A stretch of DNA of 63,839 nt, counting the filler, from Octopus bimaculoides (Eukaryota), in NCBI RefSeq assembly GCF_001194135.2. It is 6 parts of 5 records of this genome, joined end to end, with 100 filler letters (N's around TTAATTAATTAA, not from the genome) between each part and the next. Parts side by side here need not be neighbours in the genome. Positions count along the whole stretch, not along the records: positions 1 to 8,491 come from NC_068995.1; positions 8,592 to 19,302 come from NC_068990.1; 4 more parts are not named here. One strand, given 5' to 3'. The number at the start of each line of letters is the position of its first letter. The stretch's first letter is position 1. Under the pieces are notes generated by a model. It had not been told where the DNA came from, searched no databases, and saw only the letters and a program-made list of their open reading frames with translations. This document shows positions 1 through 11,229 of this stretch, piece by piece. The position numbers and the translations under genes were made by a program.

Positions 1-13
1 TGTGTGTGTGTGT

Positions 14-708
14 GTGTTAAATAAAATGAGACAACAAGGCCAAGGCCGTGTGGAATTTTCAGGACATTTATAAAGAGAAAGTTAGACTTACAGCTGTTTC
101 TGGGATAATAGAGATACCCCTTCATCAGAGACGATGTGAGATGGTTAAATAGAGGGAAATATTAGAGTTCAATATGAGGAGTTATTTTGGAAAAGGAAGC
201 AAATAAGGAGTATATAGGGGAATAGGAGAAAGAATGTAGAAATAAAAATGTATAAAGTTGTTATAATTGCAGTTCCATTATCCAAGGAAAGTGATGTGTA
301 GAAGTTGTAGAAATGCTTCTTGTCCAATAGAAGTTCATATTTTGTCATCACAAATGGACAGTTTGGAGTCTTAGATTCCATGTGCTGTTCATTCAAAGGG
401 GTCTGAGGTGTAAATGAAAATTTGAGAATGTAGTGGTATTATTAAGTGGATAGAGAGGGGAGATGTGTATGTTAAATTGAAGAGAGAGATAAAAGGAAAA
501 GGTGAGAAAAGAAGAAGTAAAGCAAGAGGAAGAGAAAATGAAAGAATTGTAAGAGAGAAAAAATGTGAAAAAGGAGTGGTAGTTGGTGGTGGAGGAGTGG
601 GAGAGGAGTAGGGGAGTGTTGGAAGAGAAAGGAACGGAAGTAATGAAAATGTATGAGGTATGTGAGGTGGAGTGATATGTTAGAATGGCACTAAGGGATG
701 GATACAGG
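14..708 (-). mobile_element. Penelope-like element 3' end / pseudo-LTR (copy A)
   Basis: Reverse complement aligns by eye along its length to 946-1640. It carries a hammerhead motif near its 3' end, the position typical of PLE pseudo-LTRs. No coding capacity. Confidence 0.65.
84..134 (-). ncRNA. Minimal type-I hammerhead ribozyme motif (degenerate stem I)
   Basis: Minus strand reads CGTCT-CTGATGA-AGGGGTATCTCTATTATCCCA-GAA-ACAGCTGT-A-AGTCT. This gives a canonical CUGAUGA...GAAA core, GGG/CCC stem II, palindromic stem III ACAGCUGU and a GUA cleavage triplet. Stem I pairs only partly. Confidence 0.6.
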
Positions 709-945
709 TTTAAATACACAAGTACGCAGGCCTATATAATAATGCATGCACACATATATATGAACATACGTGCGTATATCGATATACACTTCTTTCTTTC
801 TTTCTCTCTGATTCCTCTATCACATTAGCCAGTGGAATAAACACATAAGTCTATTTATAGAAACTTGACCATTCTTAGTATTCTTCCCTTCCGTTTTGTG
901 GTTTACTACTCACTTTAGAAACCCCCTCCCATCCTATACCTTTTT

Positions 946-1640
946 CTGTACCCATCCCTTAATGCCATTCTAACGTATCACCCCACCTCACACGCTTCAC
1001 ACATATTCATTACTTACACACTTATCTCTTCCTACTCCTCCCCGACTCCTCTCCCACACCCCTCATAATATCTTGACCACCAACAAACACTCCTTTTTCA
1101 CATTTTTTCTCTTATACTTTTTCATTTTCTCTACTTCTTGATTTTCTTCTTTTCTCACCTGTTCCTTTGACCTCGCTCTTCATTTTAACTTACACATCTC
1201 TTCTCCCCTCTCTATCTCACACCACAAGACCCCTTTGAATGAACAGCACATGGAATCTACGTCTCCATACTTTCCAATTGTAATAACAAAATATGAACTA
1301 CTATTGGAATTTATATACCACGGACAGGAAGCATTTCTACCACTTCTACATATCACTCTCTCTAGATAATGGAACTGCAACTATAACATCTATATATGTT
1401 TTTATTTTTATTTCTACATTCATTCTATTTCCCTATATATTCCTTATTTGCTTCCTTTTCCAAAATAACTCCTCATATTGAACTCTAATATTTCCCTCTA
1501 TTTAACCATCTCAAATCGTCTCAGATGAAGGGATATCCCTAATATCTCAGAAACAGCTGTAAGTCTAATTTACTCTTTATTAATGTCCTGAAAATTCCAC
1601 ACGGCCTTGGCTTTGTTGTCTCATTTTATTTCACATACAC
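946..1640 (+). mobile_element. Penelope-like element 3' end / pseudo-LTR (copy B), inverted relative to copy A
   Basis: Same family as 14-708 in the opposite orientation, e.g. 1588-1621 gaaaattccacacggccttggctttgttgtct vs rc of 28-60. Hammerhead motif at 1516-1566 has CAGATGA instead of CTGATGA, GAAAC at 1550-1554 and ACAGCTGT at 1553-1560. Confidence 0.65.
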
Positions 1641-2399
1641 ATGCTCATACAAGACCCGCATTAGACTCCTCATTCGATTCATTATCGAACCGAGAGCTTA
1701 ACTACGCTCCTTCCATAGCACTTACATTGCGTCACCTGCAACCTTGGGTCTTCTGGATACCAATACCTCTTATATTGCGCATATTCATATATATACATAT
1801 ATATATGTGTGTGCGTGTGTATATACACAAACATGTAAATGTGTGTGTGCGTGTGTGTTTGCGCGCACGCGTTATATAGACGTCGCTCGCAAGTGAGTAG
1901 CGTCTACAGTAGTATATAACGAAACGCTGAGTATATGACAACCGCGAGGGCAGAGAACTACACCAGCAATTGGCTGGTAATCATTTTTGTTTGAGTAGGT
2001 TCGATCGGTGTAAAATTAAGTGCCTTGCTCAAGAACACAACGCATCGCCTGCTCCACAGTGGGACCCTTAATCTAATGATCGAGAAAGAGGGAGAGAGCA
2101 AATGAGATAAAATAATAAAGCAGTAGTGAAGGGCCAGTACAGGCTGAAAAGCACTTGTGCCTCACACACAAGTGAAATGGAAGATCTTTAATTGATGTAG
2201 ATAACAGATATAAGTTAGGTGGTACATCAGTGAGTGGATAATTTATTTGTGAAAAAGCTAAATACAGCTTGAGAGCGATATTTCGATTACTAGAGGTGTA
2301 AAAGCAATGAACTTTAAAGCCAGTAACAGTTGTTTTGAATCATTCAAAACCCGTTCTGGTGGGTGCTGTATTTCAAGACATGGTAAAGCTACCTATTCC

Positions 2400-3730
2400 A
2401 ACTCAGTCACTGCAAAAATATATCGTGTTATTTAATTGTGATGAGATAGGCTTTTTGGGGAAAAGTGATGTCCAAAAGGACTTGCTCCACAGAACAAGAG
2501 GCCATATTGCTAGAAATATACTGATAAACAAAAGACTATACTTGCTTCAGCGTATTTGAAAATGAAGCCACTCATATTGTATCATTCGGACATCCCGTAG
2601 CCTTCAATAACATTAACAAGAGCAGACTTGGTGTTTTTACGAATACTCTTGAAGAAATTCAATGGGTTTCCATTTCGAAGGTCTGAGTTACTAGGAAGTT
2701 GGTTACTGCATGTTTCACTGATGTGCTTGCTTGCTCTCACGGTACTTTGACGGCTTCAATGAAAAATGCCCTTCAGTTTATATTTCTGTAGTGGATCATG
2801 CTCCAGTACACCGTCCTAACTTCATGGAATTTGATCAGCTCATTTCCTACATCTTCGTACTATTTCTCAGCTACAGCCTTCCGATCAGCAATTGTTATAT
2901 GTTTTAAAACGTTATACACAAGGCATCTATTCAGGATATATTTTGAAGCGCCTGATGCAACACTAGAAGAGTTTTAGGGAAAATCCCCATTTCAAATGTT
3001 GTGCGTTTATCATGGAGAAAGCAGTTTTCTGAGCATTTGAACTCACCATGGAAAGCATTGCGGCCAAGTATTGTCTCTTAAATTCACTTTTAAATGTTTA
3101 AGACAAAGTCGAAAATGTGTGCTTTTGCCCATAGGTTTCGAGGTGGATAGTGAAGACAGAAACTGTTTAGTTGATACGCAGAGAAGAGAATAGTTCATCA
3201 AAAACCTGAAGGAGCTATGCCAGGAAGAGATTTAACCCTTACAAGGAGTGAACATTGAAGAAGATGATCAAATCAAGAAAAGAATTATTCCAAGATAAAA
3301 ACTAGTTGAGGTGTGGATTATATTTCAGATAAGCTGCTGCTGTACTTTTTGACTGTCCAGAAGAATAGTCTACGGCAGTGGTTCTCAACCGAGGTCCAGA
3401 TGGCCCTTAGGGGTCTATATAAGATTTTGTTGTTAGAATTAATTGGTAATAAATTGGTTGTACTTCAGCAATACACAAAATATTCTAACAATTTTCTTTG
3501 TACAATTCCTAATAATATTTAATTATAAAAATAAAATAGGATTTTTTAAACATCGAATGACTAGTAGGGTCTATCCAAATAAAATTGGAATCAAAGGGGT
3601 CTATAGGTAAAAATTGGTTGTGAAACATTGGTCTACGACAATCCATCCTGGGGGATTCTTCAATAGAAGAAAAAATTTCGAGAACAAAACTGAGAAGAGC
3701 TGACTACTCTTCTTCATCTCACCAAATATT
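2400..3730 (+). pseudogene. Decayed Tigger/pogo-type DDE transposase
   Basis: Broken-frame translations FNCDEIG (first catalytic D), KMKPLILYHSDIP.AFNNINKSRLGVF and VVDHAPVHRPNFME (second D) match Tigger1-like motifs FNVDET, KLKPMLIYHSENPRALKN and LLIDNAPGHP. Many stops and frameshifts. Confidence 0.8.
3376..3630. mobile_element. hAT (Charlie-like) MITE nested in the Tigger remnant
   Basis: TIRs CAGTGGTTCTCAACC (3376-3390) and GGTTGTGAAACATTG (3616-3630). 8-bp TSD gtctacgg (3368-3375) / gtctacga (3631-3638). Confidence 0.85.
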
Positions 3731-4511
3731 CTACTGCTTTTCACTTTGGATAAACATCATAACATATGCAGGCGAGGAATTGATATTTCCATTGTTAATT
3801 TATATAATTTTTTATAAATTTTTTATCAGCTTATTTGGACAAAGAAAACCATATTGAATTATTTCCCTTTGTTTACATACACAGATTGAACTTTACAATA
3901 TGTTTAATTAAATTATTAATTAATTTGTAATTGTTTTGTTTAATGTTTACACATTTTTAGAAATGTTATTTATCATGTAATATCTGTTTATTTTGTAAAT
4001 CTTCATTATAATATCCGTCAGCTTATCTTCGCACGAGAGATCTAAAGTAATCGGTAGATTCCTCTCCTTTATTCCACTTTCACTTTCCGTACATTCATCT
4101 TTATAGTTTATTACCTCATTGTCAAAATAATTACAATTTTTTTTATTATAGGCAGTGATTTTCATTAATATGTGTTTTATCGTTTCTTAAAGGGGTAGTT
4201 TGCATGTAGACGTTCCGTATTCATTCGGAGTTTGGAACGTAGTATCCCTAAATACATATATTTTAATTGATGTGGTAACGATTTTTAGGGATCATGAATG
4301 GGGTTCTGGAACTAATAAGATTCATTACCAAATGGTCCACTATACATATGCCCCCACCCCCGTTATATGCTCTTAACTACACACAGACGATGGAAATAAA
4401 CTGTTTTAATTACCAATTTTTTCTCATTTCCTAGTTTTTTTTTAATTTCCTAATCCTTGGCTTTGAATTTTAATTATTTGGTAAGATGGACATACACATC
4501 AAAACCGATAA

Positions 4512-4856
4512 TCTATATATAAATAAAATCCTTTGTCTCTCTCTGTCAGTTCCCAATGCATTCTCAAACGGCTCTACCAAATCAAATCAAATTTCACATG
4601 GTAATACGTAAGTTACTAAGCACACACACCTACACATGCATATACATATGTGACGACTGACATGTCTGAATGTATGTGAGTTCTAGAGGTTAAACTCTTG
4701 AAAAAACAATGAGGTAGCAAGGTCCAAGGTATGTATAAAAGTACACATTCACTGTTCCATTGCCAGTTAATAATTATCGCAGCAGTTTCAAGGTCGCAAG
4801 GTATTTACAATTACAAAATTACCCTTACATTAAGAAATTTATCCTATATTGAAACA

Positions 4857-4909
<53 letters not shown>

Positions 4910-5599
4910 GTATGTATATAATTCTTTGTCTTTCTGTAATAATTATTGTGGCATTTACTGTTAAATTAGTAGTTCCATACATGTGCTTCTAATTCGTTCA
5001 TTTGCTTATATTTTGTTAATTTACACTGCATGCAAAAATACAGACATACTATATACATACCACGTGGTAAGCCATTATACCTTATTTGTTCAAGTAATTC
5101 ATTACTATATATTCTCATGTGACTGCATAGGGTCACTTTATGTTTCTTATCCCACACCAGCAATTCAATGCCAGCCTTTCGCCTTCTGCAACATTTCAAC
5201 AGTTCACTTCCCCGTTGCCGTCTCCCATTGCAGCCCATTTCCGGAATGTACCCATTTATGTACAATATATCCATTACACCTCCATTTATTTTAACTGCCA
5301 ACTATACGATGGGTCATGTTAGACGCAGTGCTGACCGCTTCAAAAGTGAGTATATCCACTGAGAGCTTTTCGGTGGGTTCAAAAATTACATACCCTTCCT
5401 CACTCCCAATTTCCCATGATAGGTTAGGGCATGGAATCCCCCAAACGGACGTATTACAAGTCGCTTAATCGAATTAGACCATCATTTACTCCACAAATAT
5501 TTTGTCATCAATGCAGCACTTTCCCCTATGACATGTTTCAACTTAACTGTAATATATATATACATTTTAATCCCGAGCAATGCCGGGAGTCTCTGCTAG
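4512..5599 (+). mobile_element. Non-autonomous Helitron
   Basis: Starts A|TCTATATATAAATAAAAT (A4511, TC 4512-4513). Ends with a GC-rich hairpin CCCG-AGCAATGC-CGGG (5572-5587) followed 8 nt later by CTAG|T (5596-5599, T5600). Inserted between A and T with no TSD. Confidence 0.75.
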
Positions 5600-5760
5600 T
5601 ATTTTATAAAAGTCACTTAATGTAACAAATATAAAGTACTTATTCTCTCCAGTTAAAGGGGAAAAAATAAAGCAATCTTTAAACATACTTCCATACTGTT
5701 TCCGCGTTTACTTTTTACCTACATACTTTGACTTGTATGAATTCCTAACCCCTTTTCAAC

Positions 5761-5990
<230 letters not shown>

Positions 5991-6830
5991 CACTATGATA
6001 TTGTAATACATTGTAACAAATTATAAATTAAAATATATAAATTCTAAAAGATCCTTGTTTCTGAAACACTTTCTTCACTACAAGTTAGGATTAATTCGAT
6101 AACCAGATTCTTACTTTTTACTTTATACCATGTCATAAACAGTATTTGTTGACAGTCATGTATTTCTAAAAGACTGAATAGATTAACATTTTCACCAACT
6201 CCATCCACATTTTCAAAGTATATTTATCATTCAAAAAGGCCTCTATTGCATTTCATCAGCCTTTTCTTCTATTGTTTGTCATTTCCCTCAGGAAAATCAC
6301 CAAGTCTCTGCTTCATTATTATTTATTTCTAAGAATAACTACTATCTGGACCACATCTCCATCACACGTCTTTTCAATATATTCTCCATGTACACCTAAA
6401 AGTCAATATGAATTTCGTTACACGCATTTTTCCTTCATATGTCAGGGTTGCTATGATTTGTTTTGCTTTAACCATAAGTTAACTAGGTAGTTGCACTTTG
6501 CATCTTGACTTTTCCTTTTCCCTTTACTCCATTACCGATCAATGGCCTTTCTTACCTTTTTATGAGTGGATTTGCGATAAAAACGATTCCAAAGAATATA
6601 ACATTAGTACAGCTTCTAGAAAATCAGTAAGCTGAATCTGTTCTCTCCCTCCTCTCTCTCTCTCTATCNNNNNNNNNNNNNNNNNNNNNNNNNNNNNNNN
6701 NNNNNNNNNNNNNNNNNNNNNNNNNNNNNNNNNNNNNNNNNNNNNNNNNNNNNNNNNNNNNNNNNNNNNNNNNNNNNNNNNNNNNNNNNNNNNNNNNNNN
6801 NNNNNNNNNNNNNNNNNNNNNNNNNNNNNN

Positions 6831-6862
<32 letters not shown>

Positions 6863-7860
6863 CATATTCTTATTACAATTTCTGTCTCAATGGAGTATTA
6901 TGAAGCAGAACAGATTTGGTCAGTTCCATAACATGATTTGTATTATTATGAGTTTAAGTGGACTGACAAACGTTGCCTTAGTCTAATTAATACAATAACA
7001 ATATAGTGAAGCTAGACCGACAGATATTTGTTACCTAGAGCGAATTGAATTCATGTCGACATATGTGAAGAAAGAAGTGAACAAAACAAAATGTATGTAG
7101 ATTAAGCCAGCGGGTTAGAGGAAAAACAAAAACAGCTACTCCCAGCAGCTCAAATTGACTGAAGTAGACTGATGGATAGCGAATTGTTCTTGGAGAGCAA
7201 CTGAACGATATTACTCCAGAAACAAATGTTTGAAAGTTAACTGACTTCCGTATCACTAATGCGCATGCTCACAGGAATAAAAATACGTGTGTGTGAAATA
7301 TATAACGGTAGAAAAAAAAGCGAGGATACATTTATTCCGGTTCTGCCAACTAATGAAGTTTATGGATTCACAAACTCAGTAGTATGGCAGTTATAATGCC
7401 AGTATTTAGCTACATCCCTTCGTTTTGATTTCAAATCATACTGCAGAGGTTTTTGCTTTTCCCCATTCTATGGTCGATAAAGTAAATACCAACCCAGTAC
7501 TGAGATCGATGTAGTTGATTACGAGAGGTTACCGAGAAATGCCTGGATGGAGGCTCAACCTTCCAAGTTCTTATATAGGGCTTAGAAAAACTGAACGGCC
7601 ACTGCAATAAGTGTGTGTCTGAGTTCTAATCTCGCTTGGATTTAATTTAATATTGACCTCGGCGATTTCATTGGGATAAAAATGATTCATGTATTTGGGT
7701 CGCTTCAATGAATTATAACAGCACGACTAAAACTTTTTGTTTTTCAGACATTCTCATTATATGATTACATTTATCAGAACTGACAAATATGTGCGTGCGT
7801 GTGTGTGTATATATATGTATATACATACATATATATATGTATATGTTTGTATATATACAT

Positions 7861-7894
<34 letters not shown>

Positions 7895-7954
7895 TTGACA
7901 GGAAGGACAACAAAAGAAAGAAAGAGACCTCGATATTATGCAAATAGAGGAATT

Positions 7955-8480
7955 TATCTGTAAAAATATGTGACACTTATTCAGTAGCCATGATAAAACT
8001 CCGAGTTTCGGATGCCAGGGTGGGAGCCCACGCCAACATCATCTTTGATATAGGCAGATATTTCTTGGCATTGATAGACAGACACTTTCCAGTTAACCAT
8101 AATTATAGAAAGATCTTCAACAGACATAACTTAAAAATCAGTTTCAGCTCAACTGCTATTTTAAGAACATTATCGCACACAACACACAAAAGCCGAAATA
8201 TGAAGCCAGCTGTTCATACAGAGATAAAAACTTGTGCCCACTAAATGGAGCTTGCATGTCCGAAACCATCATTTATGAGGCGATAATATACGCAGTTTTA
8301 GACGCGTTTTGACCTTGTCATTACACAGTAATTTCCCTTTGTTTTTAACAGTAATTTTTTCACAGGAATTTTCAATTGGTCGGATAACTGAAGAGATGTT
8401 GGCGTGGGCTCCCACCCTGGCATCCGAAACTCGGAGTTTTATCATGGCTACTGAATAAGTGTCACATATTTTTACAGATA
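7955..8480 (+). mobile_element. 5'-truncated, internally deleted Penelope-like element with inverted partial pseudo-LTR at the 5' end
   Basis: 8041-8290 encodes IGRYFLALIDRHFPVNHNYRKIFNRHNLKISFS and ..CSYRDKNLCPLNGACMSETIIYEA, the PLE RT-to-GIY-YIG linker. Perfect 86-bp inverted repeat 7955-8040 vs 8395-8480. Confidence 0.85.
8383..8443 (+). ncRNA. Minimal type-I hammerhead ribozyme, apparently intact
   Basis: Stem I GATAA (8383-87) / TTATC (8439-43); core CTGAAGA (8388-94); stem II GATGTTGG/CTGGCATC enclosing a GTGGG-CT-CCCAC hairpin; GAAA (8426-29); stem III ACTC-G-GAGT; GUU cleavage triplet (8436-38). Confidence 0.8.
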
Positions 8481-8591
8481 TGTATGTGTGTNNNNNNNNN
8501 NNNNNNNNNNNNNNNNNNNNNNNNNNNNNNNNNNNTTAATTAATTAANNNNNNNNNNNNNNNNNNNNNNNNNNNNNNNNNNNNNNNNNNNN

Positions 8592-8630
<39 letters not shown>

Positions 8631-8631
<1 letters not shown>

Positions 8632-8790
8632 GATGGGCCTCTTTCAGTTTCCGTCTACCAAATCCACTCACAAGGTTTTGGTCGGCCCGAAGCTATAGTA
8701 GAAGTCACTTGCCCAAAGTACCACGCAGTGGGACTGAACCGAAACTATGTGTTGTGAAACAAGCTTCTTATCACACAGCCACGCCGGCGC
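8631..8790 (-). mobile_element. tRNA-derived SINE family B (CORE-like 'ggcaccttgggcaagt' domain), 5' half
   Basis: Homologous to the copies at 24660-25060, 26083-26235, 56715-56880 and 59350-59490. Pol III A/B-box-like head. Confidence 0.8.
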
Positions 8791-9115
8791 GCTGTGTAAC
8801 TACGTCTATCTTTATTACTGTTATTGCGTCTATGTGTATTACTGATATTATGTCTATGTGTATTACCATTATTGCATCTACGTGTACAACTGATACCACG
8901 TCTAAGTGTCTGCTGCTACTTAGCGATCGATTTTGTCTATTTTTGTTTGTTTGGATAGTAGAATAACTGTTTTTAAAAAGTCGCTTAAAACCAGACTCAT
9001 TGGTTTTTGTTATTGCCCTTTCATGTAGCAGCATTGGAATGCAATATATATATATAGTGATAAAAAAAGTGTAGGTGGCATGCGAGTGGGTATATATTTA
9101 TAAAAAAGAAGTTTG

Positions 9116-9255
9116 AGAAAACGCCACTATATAAAATAAATTCTAATTTATAATTTTCTCAGAGATATTTTACATGTTTCGGTTCTTGAAAAAAACATGT
9201 AAAATATCTCTGAGAAAATTATAAATTAAAATTTATTTTATATAGTGGCGTTTTC
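9116..9255. repeat. Near-perfect ~64-bp hairpin (13-nt loop), probably a fold-back PLE pseudo-LTR fragment
   Basis: gaaaacgcc...tacatgttt (9116-9179) vs aaacatgta...ggcgttttc (9193-9255), one mismatch. The minus strand at the centre reads GAACC-GAAACATGT-A, the 3' half of a hammerhead. Confidence 0.8.
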
Positions 9256-9911
9256 AAACTTTTTTTATATATGTGTGTGNNNNNNNNNNNNNNNNNNNNN
9301 NNNNNNNNNNNNNNNNNNNNNNNNNNNNNNNNNNNNNNNNNNNNNNNNNNNNNNNNNNNNNNNNNNNNNNNNNNNNNNNNNNNNNNNNNNNNNNNNNNNN
9401 NNNNNNNNNNNNNNNNNNNNNNNNNNNNNNNNNNNNNNNNNNNNNNNNNNNNNNNNNNNNNNNNNNNNNNNNNNNNNNNNNNNNNNNNNNNNNNNNNNNN
9501 NNNNNNNNNNNNNNNNNNNNNNNNNNNNNNNNNNNNNNNNNNNNNNNNNNNNNNNNNNNNNNNNNNNNNNNNNNNNNNNNNNNNNNNNNNNNNNNNNNNN
9601 NNNNNNNNNNNNNNNNNNNNNNNNNNNNNNNNNNNNNNNNNNNNNNNNNNNNNNNNNNNNNNNNNNNNNNNNNNNNNNNNNNNNNNNNNNNNNNNNNNNN
9701 NNNNNNNNNNNNNNNNNNNNNNNNNNNNNNNNNNNNNNNNNNNNNNNNNNNNNNNNNNNNNNNNNNNNNNNNNNNNNNNNNNNNNNNNNNNNNNNNNNNN
9801 NNNNNNNNNNNNNNNNNNNNNNNNNNNNNNNNNNNNNNNNNNNAATTAAATGTGTCCTTGTGGGTGAGAAATATAATTACCTTGTGAAAATATTTGTTTA
9901 TTTAATAATGA

Positions 9912-10119
9912 TTTCAAATTTTGGGACAAGGCCAGCAAATTCGGGGTGGGGGATTAAGTCGATTACATTGACCCCAGTTTTCCACTGGTACTTGTTTTAT
10001 CATTCCTGAAAGGATAAAAGGCAAAGTCAACCTCAGCAGAATTTGAACTCAGAACGTGACGAAAGACGAAATGCTGCTAAGCATTTTGCCCGGCGTGCTA
10101 ACGATTCTGCCAGTACGCC
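9912..10119 (-). mobile_element. tRNA-derived SINE family A (central 'cctttcatcctttcggggtcgataaa..agtaccag' domain, Meta-SINE-like)
   Basis: Homologous to the many copies at 29.3-32.4 kb, 43.3-43.7 kb and 51.2-51.4 kb. Confidence 0.8.
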
Positions 10120-11229
10120 ATCCTATTGTTTTTTTATTTAATATTATTATGTGTTTTGGTTTTAGTGGTGTATTATAACACTGTTATGTTTCTTAATGAG
10201 TTAAACTGCTGAATTACCAGAGCTTTTGTCATGTTTTTTCTTTAACAAAGCCAAGGTTCTTATAGCTGGAATTGGAAAACGTTTCGTATGAAACGACTCC
10301 TTCCAATGCGGAAATTGATGTTGCCTGAGACAAATTGCGATCCGGTTTCAGGATGAAGTTTAACTGTCTCCTATCCTTGAAACAGGATTTTTCTTACGTG
10401 CCATTCACATGAAATAGAGTTTTCTTTTTCCTGTTATCTTCGTCTGGTAGAATATTGTAAGTTTATCTTCTCGGAATAGAACTAATTATGAGTTGCTCAA
10501 TACAAAGCACAGTGTGAACATTGGGAATCCACTGACGTTTTCGTATTCTATACTGTATTTGTAAAAAGCATTTCTTCTGCCGTCTGTGTTTAACCTATAG
10601 TGTGAAGTAGAGTATATAGGTTCTAACCTAGTTACAATTAAATATTATTTAAATGTTGTTCATTTTACCTTCATCTGTAGATGTATGTGATCTTATGGCA
10701 TATCTCATTGGCGGTTCGGCAGAGTCATTAGAACGTTCTATTGAATACATCGTGGTATTTGTTCCGACCCTCTGCACTTCACCAAGGTCGTACACTTCGT
10801 TGTACAGTATTGTACATACACATATGTATGCATGTATATGTGTATTTATGTGAGTATGTATGCTAGCAAACAAAGCAATTATTCATTTGATCAAAATATT
10901 AGAGGAAGTAAAACCGGGAAGAAATCACATTCAAGATCTCAACAAAAATCGCCTATTAGAAACAGAACAAAAAAAAACACACTAGACCGTCAAATAAACC
11001 TCCAAAATTATTTTCACAAACTGAAAATATGAATAATACACCCACACCTAGGAACAAGAGAAAAAAAAACATACCTAACCAAACACCACAACCAAGATTC
11101 AAAGCTCACCAGAGGAAAGATGTTAATATTAGAAGAAATAATAAACAAAAAAGAATCTATTTTTTAGGGTCAAGACAGCAAACACCAAAGAAAGAAAAAG
11201 TCCAAGAAGAAACAACCGTGAAACAATAG

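Noticed and set aside
6050-6560. Possible ancient LINE endonuclease on the minus strand
   Set aside because: No diagnostic motif could be recovered without assuming many indels.
8536-8547. TTAATTAATTAA embedded in N runs (also ~19347, ~31347, ~52633, ~61366)
   Set aside because: Identical 12-mer with stops in all six frames, always centred in gaps. It is a scaffolding linker, not biology.
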